Shown: positions 38,971 through 52,420 of the stretch, in pieces
Layout: each line of letters starts with the position of its first letter
Numbering within the stretch: the stretch's first letter is position 1
Source of the DNA: Harriotta raleighana
Taxonomy: Eukaryota
DNA: 64,000 nucleotides
Assembly (NCBI GenBank): GCA_050575255.1
Contig: JBNZDD010013656.1
Location: 1,981,485 to 2,045,484 of the forward strand
Direction of reading: 5' to 3'
Notes under the pieces: generated by a model
Seen by the model: only the letters and a program-made list of their open reading frames with translations
Databases searched by the model: none
What the model was told of the DNA's origin: nothing
Made by a program: the position numbers and the translations under genes

Positions 38971-41708
38971 TGCAGGGAGTCTAGTCCAAAAATCTATATT
39001 ATCATTCAAAATCTAATTTTACCCTGAAATTACATTTTTTTTTGCATAGGAAGGAAAACCTCCAGCTTTGCAGGAGAACTAGTGACTTACCACAATGTAA
39101 GATTCGAAATAAGAAAAACGGTATATTGCTAAATATAAATGTTTTCAAATGTATGCCGGTGGGGGAAAAACATAATAAATAACGTCAATTAAAGATTGCT
39201 TGTTGTCTGAATGGATTGTTCTTCTATCTGAAAATAGTTTTCCATATAATAATCTTGTCAAGTGTTTTCTGGAGGAAAAAATAAATGCTGTACACGAGAA
39301 TCAAACATTCTCGCTTCTCGGTTCTGTTGTGAAATGTACTGTCAAAATGTTTCCGAAAGGTTTCAGCTATTATCGTACGAATTTCATTAAAATTGTGACT
39401 ATATTTTACAAATTCCAAAACATTTAGGTCCTGGATCCCATGGCATATATCACTGCAGATTTCTTTGAAACATTTCTGATTTAGGAATATGGTGGAGAAT
39501 TCTGACCATAGCGAAGATATTTTATTTTAGTTGTACATTCATTTTAGATCCCTTCTAAATGTACTCAAATACGCACAAATGTTCTCCAATCGTTCGATGC
39601 ATACCTTCATTGTGTAATAGAAATGCAATTTCACGAGATTAATTCTTGTATTTGATCTAATTGGACATAATATAATATGATGCAAACGAACCTTCTATTA
39701 ATATAATTGCCTAGCAAATGTAATTCTTGTTTGAAGCAAATAAATAAAATACAAAACAAATGTTCAACAAAACGATTAATTTCAACAGCAGTCCTCCCCA
39801 AGACACTTAAACGACATTCAATTGTTATTTCGAATTTTTGAACAAAATCGGTGTATTTCATGCCCCTCTCCCCCTGCCGAGCGAGTGTATATGGAAAACA
39901 CTCAATCAATAATTTATATTTCAGGTGCTTCTAGTGTTTTCGCATTTTTATGGAGTCCGCACCTACGATAATTCGTTACTTCATTGCAAAATATAAGTCG
40001 CTTGATTTATATATATAAACCACTAACAATTATTAGCATTCAGGTACTTTTAAAGATTCTGTTTCCTCGGAATAGAAACACACACTCAAAAAGTGGAATT
40101 TTCAATATTTTGCCAAATTTAGTAGAAATTGTTATGATTACTTAATACTTTACATAAAAAATACCCCAAGCAGTAAATAATTAGTTCTATTCTACGAAAA
40201 TGATAATTTTGCGACACTATATTTTCGGAATGTAATTATATTGAATGGGCCTTGTTTTCTGAAACATAACGGGTTCAGCCTGCCAGTTCCTGTCAATCTT
40301 ACATTCATTACCAGCCCCTATTTTAATATTTGCCAGATTTCTTTGTATTCGGATATTGAAAGTGATGTTTGATTTGAACGAGCCCTTTGATCTATTTTGT
40401 GAAACACGGGTTGTAAGGTGCATTTGCCCCACTGCCCCCCAACAGAATCGTCCAGTGAAGCGCTTTCAATAAAATATCGTATCAGTGAAATTAATCGACT
40501 TTCAATCCAATAAACAAATATGTATTTCCACTAGTGTATATACAAATGGAATGTGTTTAGATTATCTCCATGGACGATGGGCTAATATTTTGTTTTGTTT
40601 ACGTAGAGCAGCTTGTACAGCTGTTTACATTTAATTCTTCCTCTTTAAATAATTCATGTTTTTAAATGCCCCCAAAAATAAGTATTATAATGTAAATAGA
40701 ACATCCTATTCGTTTTCCAAAAATACAGTAAAATTTACTTCTACCCAACAAAAAAATCTTGAATTTCTCTAAACATGGGTGGCGCAAATTACTTTGATCT
40801 GATAACGTAATCTTCTAGCAAATAACATCGCCCATTGATTAACTTGAGCAAAATGTGTTTGATACTCTGGGAGGAACAAATAGGAATAAGTTTGCATCTC
40901 ATATACACAAGAAATTACTGAGGACAAGTAAACGCGGGTCAGTCGCCTTTGCAGATTTTGTTTCCTCTTCATAAACAGAGATGAAGCCAAGACCCCCAAG
41001 TGTTATCTCGCCTGCCTGCACATTTGACATTTTTACTGCAAGGTTAGATTTACAGCCATTTTCGAGATAAAGCCAAAGTTAGCATTTTTTTTACACAATA
41101 TTATGAAAGGTGAATTTTTTAAAGGCGTTCATATCAAATTTACATTTAGAAAGAGTCGAGGAATCCGTTTTACTGCTTAAGAGAAGATCGTTTCGTGGTT
41201 TGATAAATCAGAGATTAGACTTTACCAGTTTAATTTCCCCTCCAAACAGGAAACAGTAGTTTGGTTGATAGTGTCATAAATTCCTCATTTAGCGTCTGAA
41301 TCCGCCAGCACTGCCCTGGGTTTATCAGATAGGTCGCACCATGGTGGTAATGTGATTGTTTTCCATTTCTATCTGGGACATATGGTTAAAAGAGCCCATG
41401 TCCCGACTCAGCATCCAAATAAAACAAGTAAAACGGTACATTTCGAAGATACATCTTCGAGCAGACTTCCACATCCCACAGCGCTGCACAACTGCGCGTT
41501 TATTGAGCTCCAACACGAGAAACGAAACAAAACATTTTTATTCAATGAATTAAGATTTCGCAAAGGAGACGCGAAGCTAAGTTTGGAAGTGACCGAAAAG
41601 TGACACCGTGTGCATTTTGTTTCTTATTAATCTTATACATTGACAGTCTTTGTTAAGTAACAAGGCGTGCCATTCGTGAGGCGACATTTTCATATTTGTT
41701 AGACGCGG

Positions 41709-41725
41709 TGACCTGAATTTCACCT
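41709..41725 (-). promoter_or_regulatory. HoxA4 5' DR5 RARE
   Basis: Minus strand AGGTGA-AATTC-AGGTCA about 2.9 kb upstream of the ATG; matches the recalled Hoxa4/Hoxd4 5' RARE. Confidence 0.88.
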
Positions 41726-44700
41726 CGGCCTTGGACTTAGCCATTTCTAAAAGGTCTATAGTGCTCTTTCAGATACTAGGGTGTTTTGCCCAGGTCATTA
41801 CCTTTGAGGAGGGGGGAAAACAAGGCAAATCGCATGGGTTCATTGCAATCTTGAGTCTTTCAATGGCCTATTTGGTAATCGTCTTTAAATATTTGAAATA
41901 AAATGTTCTCAATTTGGGAGTTCAAAAAAAAACAATAATTTGTGATATTTTTGCTTCGGTAAATCATTGGTAGCAATCAAAGTAGAGGAAACACTAAATA
42001 AAACCATGTCAGTGGTTGCACAATGTGGTTTCTGAATTTGAAATTAATTTAACTTGCAAGAAACTTACACAAAGGCCTGCTTTGTTTTAGCAATACATCT
42101 GCATTGCATTTCAAATTCTCGCTTCTGTCTTTATACGTGTGCTGCAGGGTTCAAACATTTCGGGCTGGGTTAAGTCATTCAAAACCGCGTTATAAAATAA
42201 GTTTGAGGTTAATATCATCACTGTTTAGGGCAAGTTTATTCTTTGAGATGGGCAGTTGCCAATTTTAAACGAGTGTCGACAAACCTTTTCTTCTAGAATA
42301 GCATTAAACTGGGAACTGTGATCCACCGATTAACAACCAAAATGATACAATCATGGACAAGTTACAAAACTAGTAACAAGTGTTAACTCAGATAAACGAA
42401 TTTATTCGTTGAATACTGACATGTTTAACCCCCTTTTATTACAGGAGAGAAATGTTGAGTTTGTATGTGACAGACGTGGTTGAAGCTTTCTCTCTGCTCT
42501 TACTTTAACGCAGTAAAAAAGGAAGTCCTGCGAGAATGAGCATCCTTTCTATCCATATTCAATAATTTATCTACAACACAAACATATAGATGGATCCATA
42601 AGAGTTCAAATGGAAGTTCCATTTATAATTCAATTGGTCTTTGCAAAATCCCTTCACGTCAAATCCAAATAAAAAGGGACTTCAGAAATGATTACTCTGG
42701 TGGTTACGTTGTATATTTTGCCTTTTTATTAACTTGCAAAATCCAAGTTGTTGAATCTTTTTGAACTAACCTAAGAACAATACTGTTTTCGTTTAATTCT
42801 ACATTTTTTTGTGCTCTGTTTATTTCAGGCAATCTTTGCTTGATTTGTTTGATACGTTTTTCTGAGCTACAAACATTCTTCGATTCAAAAGCTTTAGAGT
42901 AAGAGAGAACAATTCGACATAAGCTTACGAAATATTTTAAAACATTATTCATGAAAAAAATCGAGTCTGAGTATTAAGGAATAAATTCAATTCCACGATT
43001 TTGCAAAAACGTGTAACATAAATTTTGCTTTCTTTTTTGATCCAACAAACAGATTGTAATCAACTACATTTAAATAAAAATTGAATCAATCGGTTAATTG
43101 GAGGTAAGTTCTGTGTTAGATTGTCGATACGTTCCTCTAAAATTTATATGGTGATCAGGAATTACCGCATTACGTTTAGAAAGCAGTTTCACACAAAACC
43201 ACATTGCTTGCTTCGACCTTTTATCTTAATTGATTGAATGGAATAGCTGGTATTTAATTGCATCGTTTTATTTTCATTTTAAATTGTTCTGATCGTGTTC
43301 ACTCCCACTGACAGAGTTTTACAATTATTATTGAATCATACATATGTGGTAAAAATCAAGGCTGGTCCCAACGTTTTTAAAAATGAACAAATGTTGTCAG
43401 TTTTGAACACTTATAAATAAATCGCATTCCTGGATTTTTGTTGGGAGAAAGAACTTTTGGCCTCACAGTTTAACACTCAATAGAGTGTCACACTATGCTC
43501 GACCGCATTAAAATCGATTGAAATACAAGTTAGGCCATTCATAATCAAAAGTAGTTCAAACTAGGTTTTCATTGAATCACTGAAAATAGCGTGATTTTCA
43601 AATGTTCACACAATTACAAACATCACACGCACTACAGTTTTGAACTAAGTCTATTATCTGGGGAACTCTACGTGAATTTTAACCTAATTGATGCCGGTCT
43701 TAGCCCGGAGTCCGAGATTGCTTCCGTGGTGTATGGCTGCTGCGGCATCTCACCCATTCAAAAACGAGCGAGAGTGCACACGATTAAAAAGCTAAACCGA
43801 ATAAAACAATTCAAGTATATGTTTGCAAGTCACTTAAATTGTGTACAGTCGCTAAAGGTTTACCTGCTGCACGTACACAACAGACATTAAAATTACCGTG
43901 GTCAATTTTTCACGATGAAATACAGCGTGTCTTGGTCATGAAAAGAATATTTTTTCTTTCCTTTCGTCAGTAATTGAGGTCGCTCAGTCGCCAGGGTTCA
44001 CCTGGAGTCCATAGTATGATACACGAGTAACTCAAAGCTATTTTATCTTTTGTGCTGATAGTCAAGATCGCGCTATAACATTGACATCAAACTCTGTCTG
44101 AGCAGATGATTACAAGTCGTGCAAAACGTAAACTTTTGACCCTCAACTTTTTGACCTACAGTTGTACTGCCTTGCCAACCAGGATACAGAGAACACTCTG
44201 AAAGCGCCACTGAGGACCGAAAATAATTATTCCCCTTTCGTTCACTGTTTTCATGGTGTACTGCTAATTTCGGGTTTGGAAAAATGGTGAGAGAGCCGTT
44301 ACTTTGTGAAAGGAGTGAAACCTTTTCTTTTTCCTTAAAACTAATCTCAAAACCGTGGCCTGAACGTCAACTGTGTCTGCGAGGCTATTTATTCAAGTGC
44401 TCTACTGTTTAGTTGGATGTACACAACGGGTAAGTTTTTTTTTCGGCAGTAGCCACAGGCAATTATACATAAACCTGACGGAAAAAAAAAATCGCTAACG
44501 TTATGAGACTATTTTAATATTTACGTCCTTTTCTCCCTCTCCGCTGTATTGATAGAACAATAGACGTGTGAGCTCCCACGTTCATACTAATGCAATATGA
44601 CTGTGAACTTGGTCTAAAGCGAGCCCTGGTGGTGACTTGCAGGGTGTGCAGCTACGTCTTCCGATAATCCTTTCTCTGTCTCTTTGAGTACATGCTTTCA

Positions 44701-47700
44701 CAGGTTTAAGCAACGAGAAATCCTTGCACTATGCAATGATCCACACGGCTAGTTATCAGGTAGAAGGCAAAATGGGAATCTGGGGGATCCACTGGCCTTT
44801 AAGTCGTTTCTGAGAGACTCAAAAGATTATTTATGATTGTTCCACTAACAAAAATAAAGGCAGCACAGGGCAGTACATTCAAGATTTCGAATCAAACGAT
44901 AACAAACTATCAAGTTGAGAGCCCGGAAAATAATAAATTATGTTCAAATCAGTTTTTTCCATTGATCAGATATGACTTTTTCGCGAAACGATACCTTCAG
45001 TGCGTTAGTTTCCTTCGTCGAAAGCTCCAGTGTTGGCACACAAAATTATGAACGTAAATCATATTGCTATTTTATGTGATAATACGTTAATTCAGAAAAG
45101 TTGTCTGATTATGACTGCACAACTTTCACTTCCTTGTTTAATGTACCGATTGTGTTGGCTAAAATAAAATAAAAGCCAATAGATTTTTGTAGTGAGTTTT
45201 TATTTTTTCTCTCAATCCAATTCAACGATAGAATGATGCAATGGCACTGCGATATTTTACATGTGATCCAGGAAATATTGTGTTCACAACGTTTAATCCG
45301 TCCCTTTCTTGAAGAATAACAACCCGCTTATTTCAAGAGGAGGCCAATTTGTGCCACAAACGTATTGGTGAGAAATTCCTATCGGCCTATTCAGACATCC
45401 GTTTGATTTCCTTTCTAATCCATTTTAATATGCCCTTTGAATAACAATTAATATCAAACTTGTAACTGGCGATTAGAAATAATCAAATGAATAAAATAAC
45501 ATGTGGTGATTGTAGAACTTCCTATCCCCTGTAAACTTTTCCTAAATTAATTTTTGGTTATAATATTCAATAAAATATTTCATGACTATCTTTGCAATGG
45601 AAAGGATTTCAAATGAAACTTTACATCAGGCAGGCTACATTGAGATAAAGTAAATAACATTTAAAAATCATGCAAAAGCTCGGTTATTATGTCACATAAA
45701 ACTTAAATTCCATTTACGTGCTCGAACATATTATTAAATGTGAATTTCTATGAATTTTCCTCTTCCGTTAAAAGTGATTTCCGTTTTGTTTTGTTCTGTG
45801 TACGTTTACAAAAGAATCCGCATTGGGTGCTTCCTCTTTCATTTATTTTACTCTCTCTAATGAACGTCAAATCAATTAGCTGTTACTTTGTCCATAAACA
45901 GGAAATCACAATGTTGCAGAACTCTCGAGATTGCTGAAAAGACATCGAGAAGAGTGATTACATTTTCACATACTATGCTGCATAAGTTTACATAGACTGA
46001 GTTACACAAAACAATGAGTTTGGACGTTTTGCCTTGGACCTAGGGTAAAGACACAGTTAGAAACCTCGCAAAAGATGTCTGCTGTGTCCAAAAGATAAAC
46101 TAGCATAGTTTGTTGTTATTGAAAATCGTATTGTCCTCTCTTTGCCCTTAGTCTGGCGAAACATAAACAAATCACATTCCACATTTTACACCCACCAATC
46201 CTGTATAAAACCCCTTAAATTTCTACTCATGTGTTTCAAAATTATGTTATTCTTTTAATCAACTGTAATCCCCCCAACCCATTTCACACAAGAACACAGC
46301 AAAACGGTAACTGGTACTGTATTACTTTGTATCTACTCATTGATTTATGAGATGGTGTGTTAAGGGACAATTTTTGGATACATTTCATAGCCTGCATCAA
46401 ATGGTTTACCCAAAACTTTACAGATGTGTTAGCTTAGGTGGAAGGTAAATTTATAAATGTTGCTATATTTTAGAACAAGCTCTTTGGCTTCAACTGTAGA
46501 TATTGGGGGTGTAAAATAAAACATTCCAATGAAAATGCATTTTGGGGCCATGGAAGAGATAGCGGCTAAAGTATATTTCTATCTTATTTCTGCATAACTT
46601 TCGGATGAAATTTTCAAAATGTACTTTACTTCCTCTTATATAATTACGTCAGTCCGTCTAAAAAGTACCACTAACAGCACCAGCCATAGTAAAATGCGTC
46701 GTGAATCACGTCTGCACATTTATTTTCAGAAGACCCTGTGAATCATGTAAGTAAACAATGCGCGTTGATTATTTTATTAAAACCCTTGGCATTGTCCCTG
46801 TAGTTTGTTTAGCAAGTGCAACTATGACAACTGATGAACGCTTATTTGAGGCAATATGAATCTGGCCTCACTCAAAAACACACAGAAAGAGGGATTCAGT
46901 ATTTGCAGCATTGTCATGCCTTTTAGCTCATTGTTGTTCTCTGCAACACTATGTGTATAATATATACGAATGAGGATTGGGTAAATATTTACATATTTTA
47001 ATCTTTAATTTTGCCAGGATAGTTCTCCTTGGGAGCTCGTGGCTTCAAATTGAAAAGGTTGTGGAGACCTCCACGAAATATGTAAACATGCCCAATAGTT
47101 GTACTATTAAGGCCAAACTTTCTGTAATTTGAAACTGAATAACGTATTACAATATCATTGATGTTTAGGGAAAGCAATTACCGCTGGAAGTCAACTTAAG
47201 TCTTGTGAATGATACATAATGTTCCGTTGAATAGTATTCACTTAATTTGAATGCAACTAAAGTCTGTTTCGTCTTGTTACAAAAGTTCCTTAAGTGAAGT
47301 AGACAAGTGATATATTAAAAACGTCATATCTAAATGTAAACTAATACAAAGGAAATTACAACTGATTGACACGATTGACATGGCCGATCCGGAACTACTG
47401 TAGTAATACAGGCCCTATTTCCTTTATTTGTGGTTGGATCTTTATAGCACGTCCTAAAGCTGACCTAATTGCAGTGGAATGTTTTGAGTAGAAATTCTGG
47501 ATGGGCTAATTGCTTTCAACCGTGATTTCCCCCCTTTAACGATCTGGCCGCCTGCTCTCTCCATTTCCTATATTAACGATTGGTTTTGCCAATATAAAAT
47601 CTAACACCAATTGGGGGTGCTAATATCCACCTTCCTCATGGAAGGACTCGTTAGAAAACAATGTAACTTCAAACACTCTTCTTGTATATCTGGATATTGG

Positions 47701-48722
47701 GCTAGCGGAAGCTTCAAAGAAAAGAAACGCCGGTCATAAAGTTTATGGTTGGTCAGTCAGAACTGTGGGAACCCAGCAATTCACCTAAAACAATGTTGGT
47801 GTTACTACAGTCAGATTTAAAGCTGCAGTAACTCTTCCGCTGGCTGTGTTTTAAATGCAAGTTGTTTTCAGGGGGTGGGGGTGGAAAAGAGACATATAGC
47901 ACCTCTATTGCAGACATTGCTGTCATTCGAAGTTGCTTGAATTAGTTTTGCTGCGTTCACTTAATTGTCTTTCACCAAAAAAGCACATGCATTTTACCCA
48001 TTAAGAGAACACCGTTAGAACTGTTGACACCCGACTTAAGATATAAAATAATGAGATTTCTTAAAAGGAGATGTTAATGATCGCATATATAAATGAGTGT
48101 ACTGTGTACTTGAGTCATCAAAAAGCAAGCTGCAGTTTGGAGAACAACACGAGGAAGCTTTCAACACTCTTACAACAGTCATAAAAAGTACTAGCGCCCT
48201 GCAGCTTCTCCAAGCATGACAATAAAAACTTAATGTTCTATTGTACTCGTAACAGTAACCACTACACACTGTTCAAACGAATAAACTCCCGCTAGCACAG
48301 AGGCATTAACCCCTCTACCAGACACGAATGCACAAATAAAACTGAAACAACTTTTGAGAAACTAATACTTTATGAGAGAAATGAATGGAAATTTTCTGCC
48401 AAACCTGATGAAAATGATGTGTTTAACAGGCAATTCAATGAAAATCCTCCAGAGGGGTAAAAAAAACTTCTAAGATACACCTCACTTCAAATGAAACTCC
48501 CATCGTTTCAGCTTTGTAAGTTATTCCATGTATGAAAATCACTCTCTCGCTGTTTCGGCTTGTTTAACAAGTGAGATCATTTGAACCCCAAAAGAAAGCA
48601 ACAACTAATTCACCCTGGCCCATTTCTGCCTCAATGCACTCTGGGTTATTCTGAGGGGCCATTCACTGGGCCGAGTTTTCCCCATCAATGGTAAATAACA
48701 ATAATATTTCAACAAAACTTAC

Positions 48723-48831
48723 CTCCAGAGGCAAGAACACATAACTTTCTGGTGCACTGGAGTTGTGAAACTGTGGATAGTCCTCTGGTCATGAAGATTA
48801 GCCATTTGAGTGGCCTGTGTGCACATGCAAT
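48723..48831 (-). other. Putative non-coding exon (109 nt) 3' of HoxA5
   Basis: Acceptor tttggctcctttgcag| and perfect donor GAG|GTAAGT. Confidence 0.6.
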
Positions 48832-48904
48832 CTGCAAAGGAGCCAAATGCAGTCTAGCGTCAGCGAGATTATATGTTATGTAGAATATACTGTTGGTTGT
48901 CAAC

Positions 48905-49085
48905 TCCCCAAAACCATAAAACTTACTTTAATGACACCACGTGATTTTTTATAGCCAGTGAGGCTATCAGTCTGTGCTATGGATGATTTTACGATCTAAT
49001 TCATAGACAAAACCCTATTCATTTGGCACCCAAATGTCATATAGCCGGAACTGAGGTGTATAAAAGTTTACTGTTTATAACTTTA
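48905..49085. promoter_or_regulatory. Cdx/Hox-site-rich element 3' of HoxA5 (MES-enhancer-like)
   Basis: CCATAAA, TTTTATAG, TTTTACGA, TATAAAA and CACGTG clustered about 1.5 kb 3' of the HoxA5 stop, where the mouse Cdx-dependent mesoderm enhancer is described. Confidence 0.6.
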
Positions 49086-49870
49086 AAGGACAGACACCAA
49101 CTAAGCAGAAAGAGTAAAAGTGCTGATCCCTACTTGATGTCAGGAGCTAAGACGTGCTTTTTTTTCCTGCTCTGCCTTCATGCGGTAAGTAAACTCTAAA
49201 ACGAAAGATACCTGTTGGAAAACATTTACTCTACACTTTGGTAGAGGAGTTGAGGGAACGTGACTAACGCCTACCTGCAGAACAAAAAGTGTTTGGAGTA
49301 CTTCAATGCCCAATTTTTTTTTCCGGATCAACGCAAAAGACTTTCAAAGTACCTTGTGTTTCACACGAGGTCTTGTATGAATATACGGAAGAAAGGGAAA
49401 TTGGTGTTTAGCATAAAATGAACCTGATTAGCAAATGCTGTTTGAGGTGCGCACAAGGGCCAGGGTGTATGGAGTGTTACAGTCTGAGGCAAGCGTATTA
49501 ATTCGAATTAGGGTAAAGTACTAACATCCAATACAGGGGGAAAAAAAGGGGGTTTAAATGTTGTCGATATTGTTCTACTTTCCGCCACATTAGATAACCA
49601 GAGTTCAATAGATGCATATTTGAATCATTCGACCTAAGTTCGCGCAACTTGTTTGCTTCATGTGAGCACTGACACTCACATTAGCTGTAGCATGTCCATC
49701 TGAATGAATGGTGCAAAACTGTACAGAATAGACACAGTTTGTTAGTTTTAGCGGAATCTTATATTAAAACGTTGACGAACAGAAGCATTTAAAATATTTA
49801 ATTCACAGGACAACACACAACAGGAATGCTTATCTGGGACACAAAAGTCCAGGAAAGTTACTATAGAAAC

Positions 49871-49876
49871 TTTATT
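49871..49876 (-). terminator. Probable HoxA5 polyadenylation signal
   Basis: AATAAA on the minus strand about 680 nt after the stop. Confidence 0.55.
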
Positions 49877-50550
49877 TTAACTTCCAGTCAGTCTTAAAAA
49901 CAAATACAAAAGCTCATCACGAATTTCTTAAGCTGCCAGACTTTAGGCTTTATAATTATCCTTTGTCACAAAAAACATACACTGACGCTGCGCTAAGAGC
50001 CACTTATTGGAGTTCGTGCAAAGTCATACAAGGCACAGCATAGACATACAGTTCAAAATCGCAATATCCTTCACAAAATTCACTGTTCACTAATAACACA
50101 GAATAGGTAGCATCTCAGTGATATAACACTACGATATCAATTACAAAGGACGATAGTCTGAAATTAAATTACTTATTGCAAGCTTGGAGCTATTTTGACA
50201 TGTAGCAACTAACACATACATACACTTGTAAAGACTGCAACACATAATTACATTTTTTTTCTTCACTGGACGATTTATACAGTTACTTCAAGTAACACCG
50301 CTTGTATTAATATAAATAAGTTAAAACAGCTATAATCCACAAGGCTATGCTACTCCTAGACAACAACTGTAAGCAGATTACTTGTACAGGCAACAGTACG
50401 ACCAGAGAACAGGCTAACAATTCAAAGATTGGAGTACGGCAACACTGAAATGATTTTCTTCATAGAAGTAACGGGGGAAAAGAGTTTTGGAAGTCAGTAC
50501 TGTATTGACATTATGCTAATTGATCAGCTACTGCCCAGTACTTCTATTGA

Positions 50551-50856
<306 letters not shown>

Positions 50857-51287
50857 TCAGTAAATTATGTGGTGTAAAAATTCATAAAGCCCAACTGAAA
50901 GCACCAGACCGAAATCTATCACTCACATGTCTCCGCTAGCGTTGCGCTCTCCCTTGTATCTAAAAATAACTGTCTTAGAAACTTAACTGGAACTAAATGT
51001 TAAGTGTTCACTTGGTCAAAGGTGTTTTTTCTTCAATCAATTACATGTTTTTGTTTAAAAAAAAAATCAGTTCCTATTTAATCTCACTCTACAGATGCCC
51101 AACTAGCCAACGTATTAATTAATATTCCATCACCCAAAGACTTCAAATACAATAGCAACTTAAAAAAAACATGACCCTTGCAGAGATATTAAGGAGCATT
51201 AGGGTGCACATTTAGCGTCTGATTTATAACATCCATGATAATTTAGGATCCCACTAATGCAAAGATAAAAGAGAGGAGGGATTTTAC

Positions 51288-51642
51288 CATGACTTATGTG
51301 CAGTTTTCGCATCCAGGGGTAAATCTGGGGCTGCTGTTGTGCTGTGCTTTGCCCGTTCTGTGAACTTGGCGGGTCGCTGCTTGCCGGGGTGTCATCCTCA
51401 GTACCAGGCGACGTGCCAACCCCATCTCTGCTGATGTGACTGCTGCTGCTGCTGCTGCTGGAATTTGAGGAGGTAGTTGGGCTTGCTATGGAGTTTTTGA
51501 TTCCGTGGTTGTTGTCGGTGGCAGGCGGAGTGACCACTGCGGAGCAGGGCAGAGGGTCAGGTGAAGGAGACTGAGTGGATGTGGCAGGTTGGTTGTACCT
51601 GGAGTCTGCTGCTCCTGTCCCTGCTGCTGCTGCTGTTGCTGC

Positions 51643-51675
<33 letters not shown>

Positions 51676-51897
51676 AGAGTAGCTTCGAGATCTTTCATTG
51701 GCATTAAAATGGTTAGATGCTGAACGACTAATGCTGAGATCCATCCCATTGTAGCCGTAGCCGTACCTGCTGGAATGCATCGTTGCAGAATCCCTGTATT
51801 GCTCGTTCACCGGGCTATGATCTCCATAATTATGTAACTGATAGTCCGGGCCATTTGGATAGCGACCGCAGAATGAGTTTACAAAGTAAGAGCTCAT
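51288..51897 (-). CDS. HOXA5: HoxA5 exon 1
   Basis: [29 protein letters not shown]-terminus, [13 protein letters not shown] hexapeptide; donor CATG|GTAAAA, phase 1. Confidence 0.97.
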
Positions 51898-51899
51898 TT

Positions 51900-52120
51900 G
51901 ATTTTTTTTTATTTATTTATTTTTTACTTGATTTGTGGCTCTTGGTCGTTTGTGCGTCTAGCACCCTGCACAATTTATGATGAATTATGGAAATGACTGG
52001 GACATGTACTTCGTTCCCTCCTACGTAGGCGCCCAAATATGGGGTACGACTTGGAATCACGTGCTTTTGTTGTCCAGTCGTAAATTCTCGCTGATGACCT
52101 CTAGAGGTAAATTCGGGCAC
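51900..52120 (-). promoter_or_regulatory. HoxA5 proximal promoter / highly conserved element
   Basis: CACGTG E-box, TTTATG, TCGTAAA and TGACCT; recognisable as the conserved Hox5 upstream block. Confidence 0.75.
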
Positions 52121-52218
52121 TGTGGCTACAAATGGGAAGGTAGCGGGGAAATCACCGCCAGGGGCACGCGCATCGGGCGCGCCCCCGGCTCCCAAGCGCA
52201 GCTTTGGGTTGTCCTTGC

Positions 52219-52232
52219 GCGCCACCCTCTGG
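52219..52232 (-). promoter_or_regulatory. CTCF-like site between HoxA5 and HoxA6
   Basis: Minus strand CCAGAGGGTGGCGC at the position expected for the A5|A6 boundary site. Confidence 0.55.
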
Positions 52233-52371
52233 AGACAAGGAGCTAAGTTTCCTTCGGTGATGATAAACGGGGGCAAATCGGCCTCGGGTCGGATTAAGGC
52301 GACCGCACATTTCCAAAGTAACCCGTTACATTTTCGTAAAATGAATCACATTCGCCGTCAAAAAACAGTGG

Positions 52372-52420
52372 GAGGAGAGAGGGAGGAGAGAGAGAGGGAG
52401 AGAGAGAGAGAGAGAGAGAG
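52372..52420. repeat. (GA)n microsatellite
   Basis: Directly visible. Confidence 0.9.

Noticed and set aside
44229-44290. TATTCCCCT...AATTTCGGG, weakly resembling the miR-10 arms
   Set aside because: Only a 9-mer matches, there is no hairpin, and it lies upstream of the 5' RARE rather than at the usual miR-10 position
51486-51749. Overlapping ATG-initiated poly-Q ORF inside HoxA5 exon 1
   Set aside because: It is an alternative frame of the GCA (Ala) repeat; there is no sign of selection on it
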